A stretch of 19,307 nucleotides of DNA from a virus, in the IMG/VR virus record IMGVR_UViG_3300045988_034549, positions 1 through 19,307 of that record; one strand, written 5' to 3'. The position numbers were made by a program, and so were the translations under genes. The notes under the pieces are model-generated. The model saw nothing but the letters and a program-made list of their open reading frames with translations. It made no database searches and had not been told where the DNA came from. Position 1 is the first letter of the stretch. Each line of letters opens with the position of its first letter. Positions 8,486 to 17,921 of this stretch are shown in pieces.

Positions 8486-8707
8486 TTATTTAAGAGATTC
8501 TTCAATCGCCTTCTCAGCTTGTTCTTTATAAACCCTGTCTTGTTCTAGGGATATTTCTCTTAGATGAGTTAAATCGCAATCTAATGGACAAATACACTCT
8601 TTAAATGAGTTATACCCTTTAATATCCATTTCGTCTTTATAGTTAGTCAGAAGCATACTATCTTCAGGCTTAACTACTTGATACTTTTCTTTAATTTCAA
8701 CTTTCAT
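8486..8707 (-). CDS. small hypothetical protein (73 aa), possible fiber assembly factor
   Basis: Intact ORF with a TAA stop, packed 1 nt after the upstream gene's stop. It contains a Cys cluster (CICPLDC). Any function is inferred only from position. Confidence 0.5.
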   Translation of the reverse strand: MKVEIKEKYQVVKPEDSMLLTNYKDEMDIKGYNSFKECICPLDCDLTHLREISLEQDRVYKEQAEKAIEESLK

Positions 8708-8708
8708 A

Positions 8709-9635
8709 TTAGTATGTTACTGACCAGCCTTTACTGGTGATTTGTGATTTTTGTTCCTCTGTTAATGAATTGTAAACATTCTCTGCAAGTTTTAGAACTC
8801 CAGCAAGTGATTCTCTTGGAGTAGCTAAATTATTAATTATATTCTGTACCGATTGATTAGTTAACTTTGGGCTATCTTCAAAATTTAATCCAGCAACGGA
8901 GTTAGTAGTAAAGCATTTTCCTATATCTTTAAACCCTCCAACATTTTCTAAATTAGATAAACCATTAAATGTAAGACTTAAATATTCCCAAGAATATGCA
9001 TCATATAAAGGCATAGTAGTTAATGAAGTACAACCATCGAATAATCTGCTTACATTAACTGTATGAGTTACTAAATAATCCCTATGAGGAAATGTTATAT
9101 TTGGAGCAGTAATTAAAGATCTACAATTTCCAAACATCCAGTTATAATTATATATCTTAGAACCATCAAAATCTCCTATAATAGTAGTTAATGAAGTGCA
9201 TCCTTGTAAGGTACAATAAAAACCTCCAAAATTATTTAATAGTCCTAATTCATCTTCTCCACCTTCAACCATTCCAGTATCAAATGTAGTTAAATCAGCA
9301 CAACTTTGAAAAAGTCTCATAAATACTACCTTATCATCATTAGATGCAGGAACATTGAATTTTTTGTAATCCTCGTTAGTAACTACAGCAGAACCAGTAA
9401 ATGCAGAGCTATTTGAAGTATTTGGATAATATCAGCTTTTTACACTGTCTATATTACAATCCGTTACAGGTTTATCATCTAATAAAAGTATTTTAACTTG
9501 ACTTCCAAATACTGGGTCTATAAAGGTTATAGGATTACAAGGATCAATAGGCCAGACTTTGGTACTGCCTACATAAATGGCAGTACCTTGTCTGTTACCT
9601 ACATAAAAAGCTTTTAAATTATCTCGAATATTCAT
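8709..9635 (-). CDS. DUF285/BspA-like repeat receptor-binding protein, paralog of 6806..7822 (308 aa, 1 in-frame TGA)
   Basis: Track ORFs 9432..9635 and 8709..9320 share one frame and are joined through TGA 9432..9434 (...DSVKS-W-YYPNTSNSSAFTGSAVV...). LRR-like repeats are present (LQGCTSLTTI, FGNCRSLITAP, FDGCTSLTTMP). The C-terminus VYNSLTEEQKSQITSKGWSVTY parallels that of the 6806..7822 gene. Confidence 0.8.
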
Positions 9636-9636
9636 A

Positions 9637-12249
9637 TTACTCTACAATTAAATATTGAGTATTTGGATCTTTGCTTGAAATAGCATCATATTCGGACTGA
9701 GTTACCACAAGAATAGTATGAACTTGTGGTTGAGTTCCACTTCCATAAGTAACTGGATTAGAAACACTCTCAATATCTATATTTCCACTACCTAACAAAC
9801 TTTCTCCATTAACTGTCTTGATATTTGTTCCGCTAACTAAAGTATCTTGTTTATTTCCTAATCCTGCATTTAATTCAGTTTCCGTAACATATTCATCAGG
9901 AATAGAAGTTAAAAATCCACTATCATTAGTAAGCTCAGATGTCTTAGTTGGTATACCTAAATCTGATAAACTCTTATTACCACTAAGTTCAACAGAATTA
10001 ATCTGAGGTTTATTTGTTAACTGAGTATAGTCAGTAGTCCCTCCACCTCCAGATATTTCAAGATTACCTTCTCCTAAAATACTTTCACCATTAATAGTCT
10101 TTATATTAGTCCCAGAGACTAATTGCTCTTGATAACTATGATAACTAGTATCTGCTGATACTCCAGTTGGAGTAATAGTAGTTTGAACTACAGTATGATT
10201 AGCTGTAGTACTTTCAAAATGGAAAGTAGCTTGAATATTTTCTCCTGAAACAAAACATACTTCTGGAGCTGCTATATCACCATAACCTAGAATATTTACA
10301 TAATAAAGCTCAAATGGTGTTTTATTAGCTATAGCATTCTTAACAGCAGCGAAATCTCCAGAAAGATGAGTAGTGGAATTTATAAATAGAAATGGAATAT
10401 TAGAACCACTTTCAATTTCTATATTACCTTCTCCAAGTAAAGACTGACTATTGATTGTTTTGATATTAGTTCCACTTACAAGCAAATCTTGCTTAGTAGC
10501 CATCTCTTTATCAAGAGAATCAATCTTATCTCCATCTTCTTCTTGTTTTGTTTTAATAATTGATATATCTGAAGTATTAGTTGCTACTTGAGTAGATAAA
10601 GATTCTACCACAGAAGAATCAGCTTTACCAGCAAGTTCTGTTTTTGTTGCATAATCTCCTACAGGCTGTTTAGTAGCAAGCTGCTCATCGACATAAGTCT
10701 TATCTGCTTTACCTGCTAAATCTCCAGAAACCTCTGCTTCAGTTACAAAGTTAGAATCATTAGTAAGCTCACTAACTTTAGTTGGAATATCACTCTTTAA
10801 AGCATAATCTCCTTTATCTTGTTTTGCATCAATCTTACTTTGTAAAGAAGATCTTAGAGTCTCAATTTCCTCATTAACTGAATCGTTAGTTGCATAATCA
10901 CCAACTGGTTGGTATCCAGATAAATCTACAGATAATTGTGATTTATCTTCATTAAAAGCTAATGGAGCTTGTGGAGTAAATACACCTTGCTTAGCTGCAA
11001 GTTTCTCATCTACTTCATCTTTAGTATATCCTTTATTAGTAAGATCAACCTCAGTAACTTTAACAGTCATATTACCATTATTTACTAAGATTGCATTAAT
11101 AACTACTAATACACCATTATCTTGAAAATAATAGCCATATAAATCAATAGTTTCGGGATGTTCAATAGTTGCAACAGGAATAACTATAATATCACCTTTA
11201 TATGTAATCTGGCAGAATAAATAGAAGTCCAGATTAGTTCTAATAAAGTCATAGATATGTTTCTGTCTTACAGGATCATTCTCATCTAAATTAAGTAAGA
11301 AATGATTCTCAAAAGCAGAGATTACATTATCTATAATAGATATATTCTTTCCTGCTGTAAGCGTTTCCTGTTTTGAAGCTATCTCTTTATTAATAGCTGT
11401 ATTTAAAGCATCAATTTCAGCTTTGGTATATTTATCTGCTAATTGTGCATATAGAGGACCATTAACAATACCAGCTTGATTAGTCTCTGTATTATATATT
11501 GGAAGTTCAACTGCTTTTCCAGTTTGATTGCCAAATACAGGAGCTAAAGTAACTTTAGATGGGACTGATTGAATATTAATGGCAGGTACAATTGAAGCTG
11601 CTCCAGATAATTCAGTTCCATTTAAAGATGGTTTGTTACGAATAGTATTATAATCTGCAGAAATAGTATTCTCTTCAATTACTATACCGTCACCTTGGTT
11701 TAATTTATTCTGTTTAGAATTTAATGCACTTTCAGTAGCTTCTTTTGTAAGATAATTATCTTCAACTCATTTTTCAGTAGCATATCCATCTAAGCTACTA
11801 ATAAACCCACTATCATTAGTTAATTGTGAAGTTTTTGTTGGTATCTCAGATTTATCGGCTTTATTGGTAACTGCATCTGAAATTTCAGTTGTAACCTCTT
11901 CTTTAGTTGGATAATCAGCTAATCGTTCAGTTATCTGATTATCAATATTTTCAGCACTTGGAATAGTACTCTTTATTTGCTCTAACTCAGAATTAATAGT
12001 AACAATATCTTCAGATGACGCTAATCCCAACTCTTCTGAAGTCATATTACCATTTAACTCAATGCCATTGATTTCAGGTTTATCCTGAAGATCAAAATAG
12101 CTATTAGTAGCTAACTGAGAACCATCCATAACCTTAACTTCATCATCCTTGTCAATAACAATAACTTTAGTCACATTTGACTTATCTATTGTTTCGACTT
12201 CAAGGACATTAAGATAAGGAAGAATTGTCTTTTCAGTTTCGTTTGCCAT
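9637..12249 (-). CDS. long modular tail fiber protein (870 aa, 1 in-frame TGA)
   Basis: Track ORFs 11767..12249 and 9637..11070 are in the same frame. I translated 11071..11766 codon by codon. It is open and has no ATG/TTG/GTG, which explains why the track has no ORF there. The only interruption is TGA 11767..11769 (...LDGYATEK-W-VEDNYLTKEATESALNSKQNKLNQGDG...). Fiber motifs recur throughout. Confidence 0.85.
9769..9849 (-). repeat. in-frame coding repeat, copy 3 (QDTLVSGTNIKTVNGESLLGSGNIDIE)
   Basis: One of three diverged copies of the L-V-S-G-T-N-I-K-T-(I/V)-N-x-x-S-(L/I)-L-G-x-G-N-(I/L)-(E/D)-I module within the fiber gene. Confidence 0.85.
10054..10128 (-). repeat. in-frame coding repeat, copy 2 (EQLVSGTNIKTINGESILGEGNLEI)
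   Basis: Same module as at 9769..9849 and 10411..10491. A Gly run (SGGGG) follows it. Confidence 0.85.
10411..10491 (-). repeat. in-frame coding repeat, copy 1 (QDLLVSGTNIKTINSQSLLGEGNIEIE)
   Basis: Same module as above. The nucleotide similarity is visible, for example ccttctcc(a/t)a...actttc / agactg...attgat / attaat. Confidence 0.85.
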
Positions 12250-12253
12250 ATTA

Positions 12254-12272
12254 TTTTTCTATAAAATATAAA
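12254..12272 (-). promoter_or_regulatory. conserved intergenic motif TTTATATTTTATAGAAAAA (minus strand), candidate late promoter element
   Basis: Second copy of the motif at 6682..6700. It lies 30 nt downstream of the terminator hairpin (12303..12330) and 4 nt upstream of the fiber ATG (12249). Confidence 0.35.
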
Positions 12273-12289
12273 TTATTCATTATGTGGTA

Positions 12290-12330
12290 TATAAACAAAA
12301 TAAGGGGCAAGTAAATTAATACTCGCCCCT
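12290..12330 (-). terminator. rho-independent terminator after the capsid operon
   Basis: GC-rich hairpin aggggcaag (12303..12311) / ctcgcccct (12322..12330) with one mismatch and a 10-nt loop. On the minus strand TTATTTTGTTT follows. It starts 10 nt after the TAA at 12340. Confidence 0.8.
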
Positions 12331-12339
12331 CTTCTGTTG

Positions 12340-12864
12340 TTAAGCACCTACAACACTTTGAATAGCTTCAGCACTCAACTCATAAGGATATGATTCAGAG
12401 TCAGTAGCTAAAGTCAGCGTATAAGCGTTCTGATCACCTTTTGCAGTACCAGTAACACCCGTACCAGCGGAAGCGCTTACATAGTCATCTTTTCCTAAGA
12501 ACCAGTATTTGCCATTAGAATCTTCTACAACAACTACAAGTTGTCCAATAGAAAGAGCAGCAATCTCGATTCTTTTCTTAGTCTCCATCTTTGTAAATAC
12601 AAGAGCAAGCTCATTACTTACATAGTTGGTTCCTGCAGTTTCGTCAACGTTCAATGTTGAGGTTAGAGAACCAGTACCTTTGCGGAATTGGTAATTATAC
12701 CATTTAGCATCTGCTTCAAGAGTAATAGCTGAGATTTGATTAGTCTCATCATCTACAGTTACACTCTTAACATTATCGTACTGAGTAATCCATACCTGTT
12801 TGATACCACCAAGCGAAGATTCGCAATCCAGGGTAATACCAGCGATAGTTATTAAACAAGCCAT
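12340..12864 (-). CDS. abundant structural protein, possibly major tail (tube)-like (174 aa)
   Basis: Intact ORF directly after the major capsid gene and before a strong terminator. Its G+C is visibly elevated, like the capsid gene. All 3 Trp are TGG. The text (SIGQLVVVVEDSNGKYWFLGKDD...GTGVTGTAKGDQNAYTLTL) resembles tail-tube-type proteins. This is motif memory only. Confidence 0.45.
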   Translation of the reverse strand: MACLITIAGITLDCESSLGGIKQVWITQYDNVKSVTVDDETNQISAITLEADAKWYNYQFRKGTGSLTSTLNVDETAGTNYVSNELALVFTKMETKKRIEIAALSIGQLVVVVEDSNGKYWFLGKDDYVSASAGTGVTGTAKGDQNAYTLTLATDSESYPYELSAEAIQSVVGA

Positions 12865-12902
12865 ATAATTTCAATCTTATTTAAAGTTAAACTCTATTGA
12901 AA

Positions 12903-13808
12903 TTAGGCTTTGGCACCAAGAACTACCTCATCAGGGAATGCAACCTGTACGCCAGCGTTAAATTCAATAGCTAATCTAAATTCGCGGAAATCTTGTGAAT
13001 ACCACAATTCAAACTTCTCTTCATCGTTCATCATATCGCAACCATAGAAGAAGTTCTTATCTAACTGACCAGCAACAATCTTATCAGTTCCATTAAGACC
13101 ATTAACAGCGATTACTTTAACCTGCGAACCAGGAAGCATAATCTCACCATTAAGATTCTCACCACTATAGTGGTAGTAGTTCTTAGCAACTAACTCCTGG
13201 ATAAATTTACGGAAAGTATCACTGCCAACTAAGATAGAAGCACCATCCAGAACCTTCTCAGGAATAGCGTTATAAACAGCCATAATGTCATCATAAGCAG
13301 ATGCTCCAGTAATTTCTACATCAACAACCCCATCAGCAGCACCAAGGATCTTTAACAGACCATCAAAATACTTCAGGTTATTTGTTTCAGAAGTAGTATC
13401 ACCCTGCCAAATAGCAGTCTCAATAGCAGCCTTAACATTCTCAACTACTGCATTTACGAAATCCTCTTCAAAAGGAAGCGTCTTCTGACCAGCAGCTACT
13501 CGTACTTGATACTGAGTCCAGTATTTAAGCATCTCTTTATCACAATATGCCATATTGATCTTAATATTACCAGTAGCCAGAATTCTCTGAGAAAGAGTCT
13601 GAGTTCCAGCTTCATCCCAACCACAAGCTAGGCCATCGCCAAACTGAATAGCAGTTGATAACAGGTTAAGAGCAGCACTAGTTTTGATGTCAGTTTGAAG
13701 ATTGAACAACGAAGCACTCTTAGCCTTTAATACAGCCTCTTTAATAAGAGGAAGACGTCTCTGCTCTACATAAGCAGTAAGACTAGTCATTACAGGACTA
13801 TTTGCCAT
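12903..13808 (-). CDS. major capsid protein, HK97-fold type (301 aa)
   Basis: Intact ORF placed after the protease and scaffold genes. Capsid-like text is present (AIETAIWQGDTTSETNNLKYFDGLLKIL, ...FELWYSQDFREFRLAIEFNAGVQVAFPDEV). All 4 Trp are TGG. G+C is visibly higher than in flanking genes. Confidence 0.85.
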   Translation of the reverse strand: MANSPVMTSLTAYVEQRRLPLIKEAVLKAKSASLFNLQTDIKTSAALNLLSTAIQFGDGLACGWDEAGTQTLSQRILATGNIKINMAYCDKEMLKYWTQYQVRVAAGQKTLPFEEDFVNAVVENVKAAIETAIWQGDTTSETNNLKYFDGLLKILGAADGVVDVEITGASAYDDIMAVYNAIPEKVLDGASILVGSDTFRKFIQELVAKNYYHYSGENLNGEIMLPGSQVKVIAVNGLNGTDKIVAGQLDKNFFYGCDMMNDEEKFELWYSQDFREFRLAIEFNAGVQVAFPDEVVLGAKA

Positions 13809-13830
13809 AATTTTATAAATAATTTAATAA

Positions 13831-14433
13831 TTAACCAATAAAGTTTTTAAGCTTTTTATCAATAACAGGATTACCAGTCATTATTGAAGCTTTGCCTTCT
13901 ATCTGTTCCTCAGCTGAAAATGCAGCACTCATTTTGCTCATCTTTTCAACCGTCTTTTCTGTAGCTTCAGATTTACCCTCTAATTCAGCTACTTTCTTAA
14001 CAAGCTTATCAACAATGTCATAAAGCTCATTAATTTCGCGATGAATTGCATCAATTGCATCAGTTACAGTTTCTTTGTCACCATCAGTAGCTACTTCAGG
14101 ATCAACTGGCTCTTCAGCAGTTTCTACCTTGCGTTTTCCACAAGCAGCATCAACTTCTGCTTTAGCTGCTTCTTCTGGATCAACCTCAGCTTTAGGATCA
14201 GTTACAGACTCTACTTTACCGTCTTTAACAACAATCGTCTTTCCATCCTCAGTTACATACTCACCATCCTCAGCAGGTTTGTATTCTCCGTTCTCATCCT
14301 GAACATATACATCCATACCAGCGCGTAAGTCTTCATCTGAATCCCAAGTAAGTACTGCCTTATCAGTTTTAATATCACTGAACTTTGCAAGCATTTTAGC
14401 CAATTCAAGCTTGATTCTTGTGAATTTGCTCAT
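13831..14433 (-). CDS. scaffolding protein (200 aa)
   Basis: Acidic, Lys/Glu-rich protein with a coiled-coil-like C-terminal half (INELYDIVDKLVKKVAELEGKSEATEKTVEKM). It is located between the prohead protease and the major capsid protein. Confidence 0.7.
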   Translation of the reverse strand: MSKFTRIKLELAKMLAKFSDIKTDKAVLTWDSDEDLRAGMDVYVQDENGEYKPAEDGEYVTEDGKTIVVKDGKVESVTDPKAEVDPEEAAKAEVDAACGKRKVETAEEPVDPEVATDGDKETVTDAIDAIHREINELYDIVDKLVKKVAELEGKSEATEKTVEKMSKMSAAFSAEEQIEGKASIMTGNPVIDKKLKNFIG

Positions 14434-14446
14434 TTAATTAATAATT

Positions 14447-15040
14447 TTAATGTTTAACTCTTTTTATCTTCTTAATCATATTAAGGATCTCTTTTATTTC
14501 GTCATATTCATCAGACTTTCTCTCTAAAGTAAATAAACCTTCAATTGAGAACCCTTTAAACTTACCAGCTTTAATTGCATCTCAAATAACTTGATTATCT
14601 ACTTTATAAGTGGCAAATAAAGAACCATCAGGAACATCCTGGAATTCAACTGGAGATATTCCTCTATTAATATCCTTTACATAGATTTCTTGTAGAGTAA
14701 TTCCATTTAAATCAGAATCTTCTAAATGTTCAATATTTACATCTGTAGTTCTTTTATCATACAGCATCTTCTCTGCCATTTTACGAAGAGTTTCCTTATC
14801 ATACTGTATGTAGTATTCTCCGAGTTTCTCATCTCGTCTGAAAATTGGAGTATCACTTAACATTAAGCAAGATGTTACTAAATGCTTATCTTCATCCATC
14901 GAGAACTTCTGAGAATTACTAAAAGCAACCCAGTTAACTTGTGTAGCTGGTTTACTTGTTAAAGCAACATATTCTATTCCATCACAATCATCAGTAATCA
15001 CTACCTGAAATAATGGAAGATCATTATAAGTAATTTCCAT
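14447..15040 (-). CDS. prohead protease, XkdF-like (Peptidase_S78_2-type) (197 aa, 1 in-frame TGA)
   Basis: Track ORF 14582..15040 continues through TGA 14582..14584 as ...YKVDNQVI-W-DAIKAGKFKGFSIEGLFTLERKSDEYDEIKEILNMIKKIKRVKH, ending at TAA 14447. The W-x-x-(I/V)-K-x-G-x-x-x-G-F-S-I-E-G segment is the characteristic C-terminal motif of this family. Confidence 0.75.
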
Positions 15041-15103
15041 TTTTATTAATATATAGCACTTTATAAATTTGTAATATTTTTAGAATATCTAATGTAACCT
15101 TTT

Positions 15104-15141
15104 TACTCATATTTTGTAGTTAATAAGAATAAAAAAGTTAC
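15104..15141. repeat. AT-rich inverted repeat in the intergenic region between the tape-measure and protease genes
   Basis: gtaacctttttac (15104..) pairs with the gtaaaaaagttac-type arm ending at 15141. On the minus RNA this forms a stem of about 12 bp with one G-U pair and a 24-nt loop. No clean U-tract follows, so its function is uncertain. Confidence 0.35.
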
Positions 15142-15152
15142 ACTAAATATTT

Positions 15153-17921
15153 TTAGAATGAAGCATTAGATTCAGTAACTGCTACCTTAGTTTGAGCTGA
15201 AGTAATGTCAGATTCAACAACATAACACTTAACAGGTTCATTTAAAAGGTCAGTTTCTTTATCTCCAAGTAAGTTTCGAGTATATTCAACAGGAGCTGTA
15301 TTTAAAGCAGCTGGTGCTGCCACTGCTGCAGATGCTCCACTCACTCCACTTGCACCTGATTCATCTACTTCTCAAATCTTTTTAACATTTGCAATACCTG
15401 CAACTACTGCGGCTGCAGCTGCAGCAATACCTAAAGCAGGACCTACAATAGGAATTCCTGCCATAGCAGAGTATGCGCTATTTGCTGCTGAATAAGTGTC
15501 AATTAATGCTTGAGCAGTAGCAAATCCTTTACCTACTTTACTTTCCTCTCCCCAAATACTTGCCATACTTCCTGCAATGCTTGAAGCTACAGATAAAGTT
15601 CCCTGTAAAGCTTGCTGCCTTGCTTTTTGAAGATTTTGATAAGCCTGAGTATTTGCCTGTTCATTAGCTAATTGAGCATCTGATAAGGCCATATTATTCT
15701 CAGTAAGAGTTCTTTGAATTTCCTCTTTTTGTTCAGCAGTTAATTGTTCATTCATTAATTGCTGACTTAATAAGGCATTCTCTTGCTCTATTCTACCTTG
15801 AGTTAATGAGAGTAAGTTGTTATTGTATTCAATTTGAGCATTGTATTGATTCTCTAAGTCCTCTCTACTCTGATATGTAAATTTATAACCAGTCCCTTCA
15901 TAATCTCCAGCCAATCCAAATGCTTTCGATATACCTTGAGTATAAGTAGTCTGAAAGGTCTGCTCTCTTGGCTCTCTCAAATTACTTGTAGAAGATAAAT
16001 CTCTAATCCTTTTTAATTCAGACTGTAGATCATTCCAAGCTTTATCTGCATCTGCTTTACGCTTAGCTTCTTCATCAGCTCTAGCTTTATCTCTAATCTT
16101 TTTAAGTTCTTCCTGATGCCAAGCTTCTACCTCTTCAATTCCCCTATTATACTTAATAGCTAATGCTAATAGTCTAATATATTCATCTTCAAGTTCATCT
16201 ACTGGGTCTTTATCCTCTAATCTCTTTTGAAGCCATTCATCAAATTCATTTATTACCTTCTTAGCTTCAGTAGTGTTCTTTGTAATAGTTGGAATATTAA
16301 AGAACCCACCATACTTTTTATTAGTATCTGCTACATCCTCAAATAGCTTTTTAAGCCTTTTCTCAATGTCTTTATTTAAATCATCCAACTGTTTATAAGT
16401 ATTCTCTTTATTTTGCTTTGTGTACTCATAAATTGTATTTGAATAATCTTTTCAGAACATTGCTGTAGCTTTAAAAGCCTGCCAAGCAGATGCCTCTCCA
16501 AAACTTGTATCAGAAATTTGATTCTCCAGTTCAGTACGTTTATTTAAATACTCCTCATAAAGCTTAATTGCAGCCTGTTCAATAGCCTGAGCTTTTGCTC
16601 TTGCAGTTAATGCTTCTACATAATTACCAGTATTATTTACAAACGCATCTTCTGCAGTCTTTACATCAGTGATATTTAAACCAGTCTCTTTAATCTTATC
16701 TGAATATTGCTCTATAAACTTACGCTTAGCATCTGCAGAATCTCCAACCCTTTCGTAAGCTATTTGTAACTCTCTAAAGATAGCTATAGATTTAGAAGCA
16801 ATCTGATTAGTAGTATCTGTAATAGACTTTCTAAATTCAGCAGCCTCCTTTTCAGCTGATTTTATTGAGGATATATACTCTATTATCTTATTAATAGCTA
16901 ATCCAATAGCTGTAGCTAATGCAATTCATACAGTTACATTACCAATAGTTTTAAGTGCAGTTTTAACTTTACCTACTCCAGAAGCAGCTTGTTCTGAAGC
17001 TTCAGCCATTGCTTTCTGAGCCTCTGCCCCTTTTCGCAAAGTTGGAATGCCTTTTTCTACATTTTCCTTTAATTCAGCAAGATCTACACCTAAACGTTTA
17101 GCAGCTTTCTGCATTCTCTCTGCTGGAGTTCCAGTCTCTTTTGCTGCTTCCTTTAAAAATTCAGCAACTGTAGTAAATGTAGGTTTTACTTCTTCAAAGG
17201 ACTTTTTTGCAGTTTCTCCTAATTTACCTATAATCGGAATCGTATTAGATACACTCTTATTAGTAGCAGATATTTCAGCAGGAGTGCCCATTACTCCTTG
17301 AATCATACCTCCTTTAAAATTAATATTGGTGCCTTCTAAATCCTTGACTACTTTAGAGATATTACCTAATTCAGTTCCAACATTACCAACAGATGTGCCA
17401 ATGCCATTAAGCTTAGATGCATCAATCTGATTAAGATTTTTGGCAGCATTATTCAACCCTGTATTAAATGGAGAGATAAAATCAGTTAATTTCTTAAACC
17501 AATTACCTAAAGTAGGCAATTCTTCTAATAAATCTTTTATACCTCCAATACCTTGTACTAATGCAATAGATGACTGTAACTTAACCATTACTTTAGTTAA
17601 ATCTTCAGATTCTTTCCCAAATAAAGTAATGGCAGCTGTTGCAGCTCCATATCCACTGGCCAAACCAGTGGATATTTTAGCTACACTTTCAAACCTTTGA
17701 GCAGTAGTTCTTGAAGATCTTGCTATCTGCTCATTAATTTTATTGAATTCTGATTGTCTCTTACCAAGTAATGAAAGAGTTTCATTATATTCCTTAGTAC
17801 CAATCTCTAAATCATTCAGCGAATTAGTTAATGCATCAATATCTTTCTTTAAAGAGTTTATTGACTTATTACTTGACTTAGTATCAATACTAATAACCTT
17901 TTTAATTTCTGTTTGTGCCAT
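15153..17921 (-). CDS. tail tape-measure-like protein (922 aa, 3 in-frame TGA)
   Basis: Track ORFs 16926..17921, 15372..16388 and 15153..15344 share one frame. I translated 16389..16925 and 15345..15371 codon by codon and the only interruptions are TGA at 16926, 16452 and 15372. TMP-like features are present: an N-terminal coiled coil, TAQRFESVAKISTGLASGYGAATAAITLFG, the hydrophobic IALATAIGLAINKII right after TGA 16926, and a Gly/Ala-zipper C-terminal segment GIPIVGPALGIAAAAAAVVAGIANVKKI-W-EVDESGASG... Confidence 0.8.

Noticed and set aside
3102-10006. + strand ORFs 3102..3299, 5896..6117, 5975..6172 and 9818..10006.
   Set aside because: Each lies antisense within a well-supported minus-strand gene (M15 peptidase, portal, tail fiber). 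All are short with no recognisable features.
9769-10491. Three ~80-nt repeats that could superficially suggest a CRISPR-like or tandem array.
   Set aside because: The repeats are diverged and in frame. They encode the same peptide module inside the fiber gene. They are spaced roughly 200-290 nt apart by unique coding sequence, with no leader or spacer architecture.
14041-14328. + strand ORFs 14041..14328 and 14075..14302 (95 and 75 aa).
   Set aside because: They are antisense to the scaffold gene. Their translations are low-complexity Ser/Phe/Leu-rich text that mirrors the Glu/Lys/Ala-rich sense strand. They have no start context and no motif.
6650-15152. A suppressor tRNA (anticodon UCA) or any tRNA in the intergenic gaps 6650..6805, 12250..12339, 15041..15152 and 1764..2240.
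   Set aside because: By eye there is no cloverleaf-compatible segment of about 72 nt and no T-loop-like GTTCRANYC box. The decoding tRNA, if phage-encoded, must lie outside this window. This is visual inspection only and a tRNA scan should confirm it.
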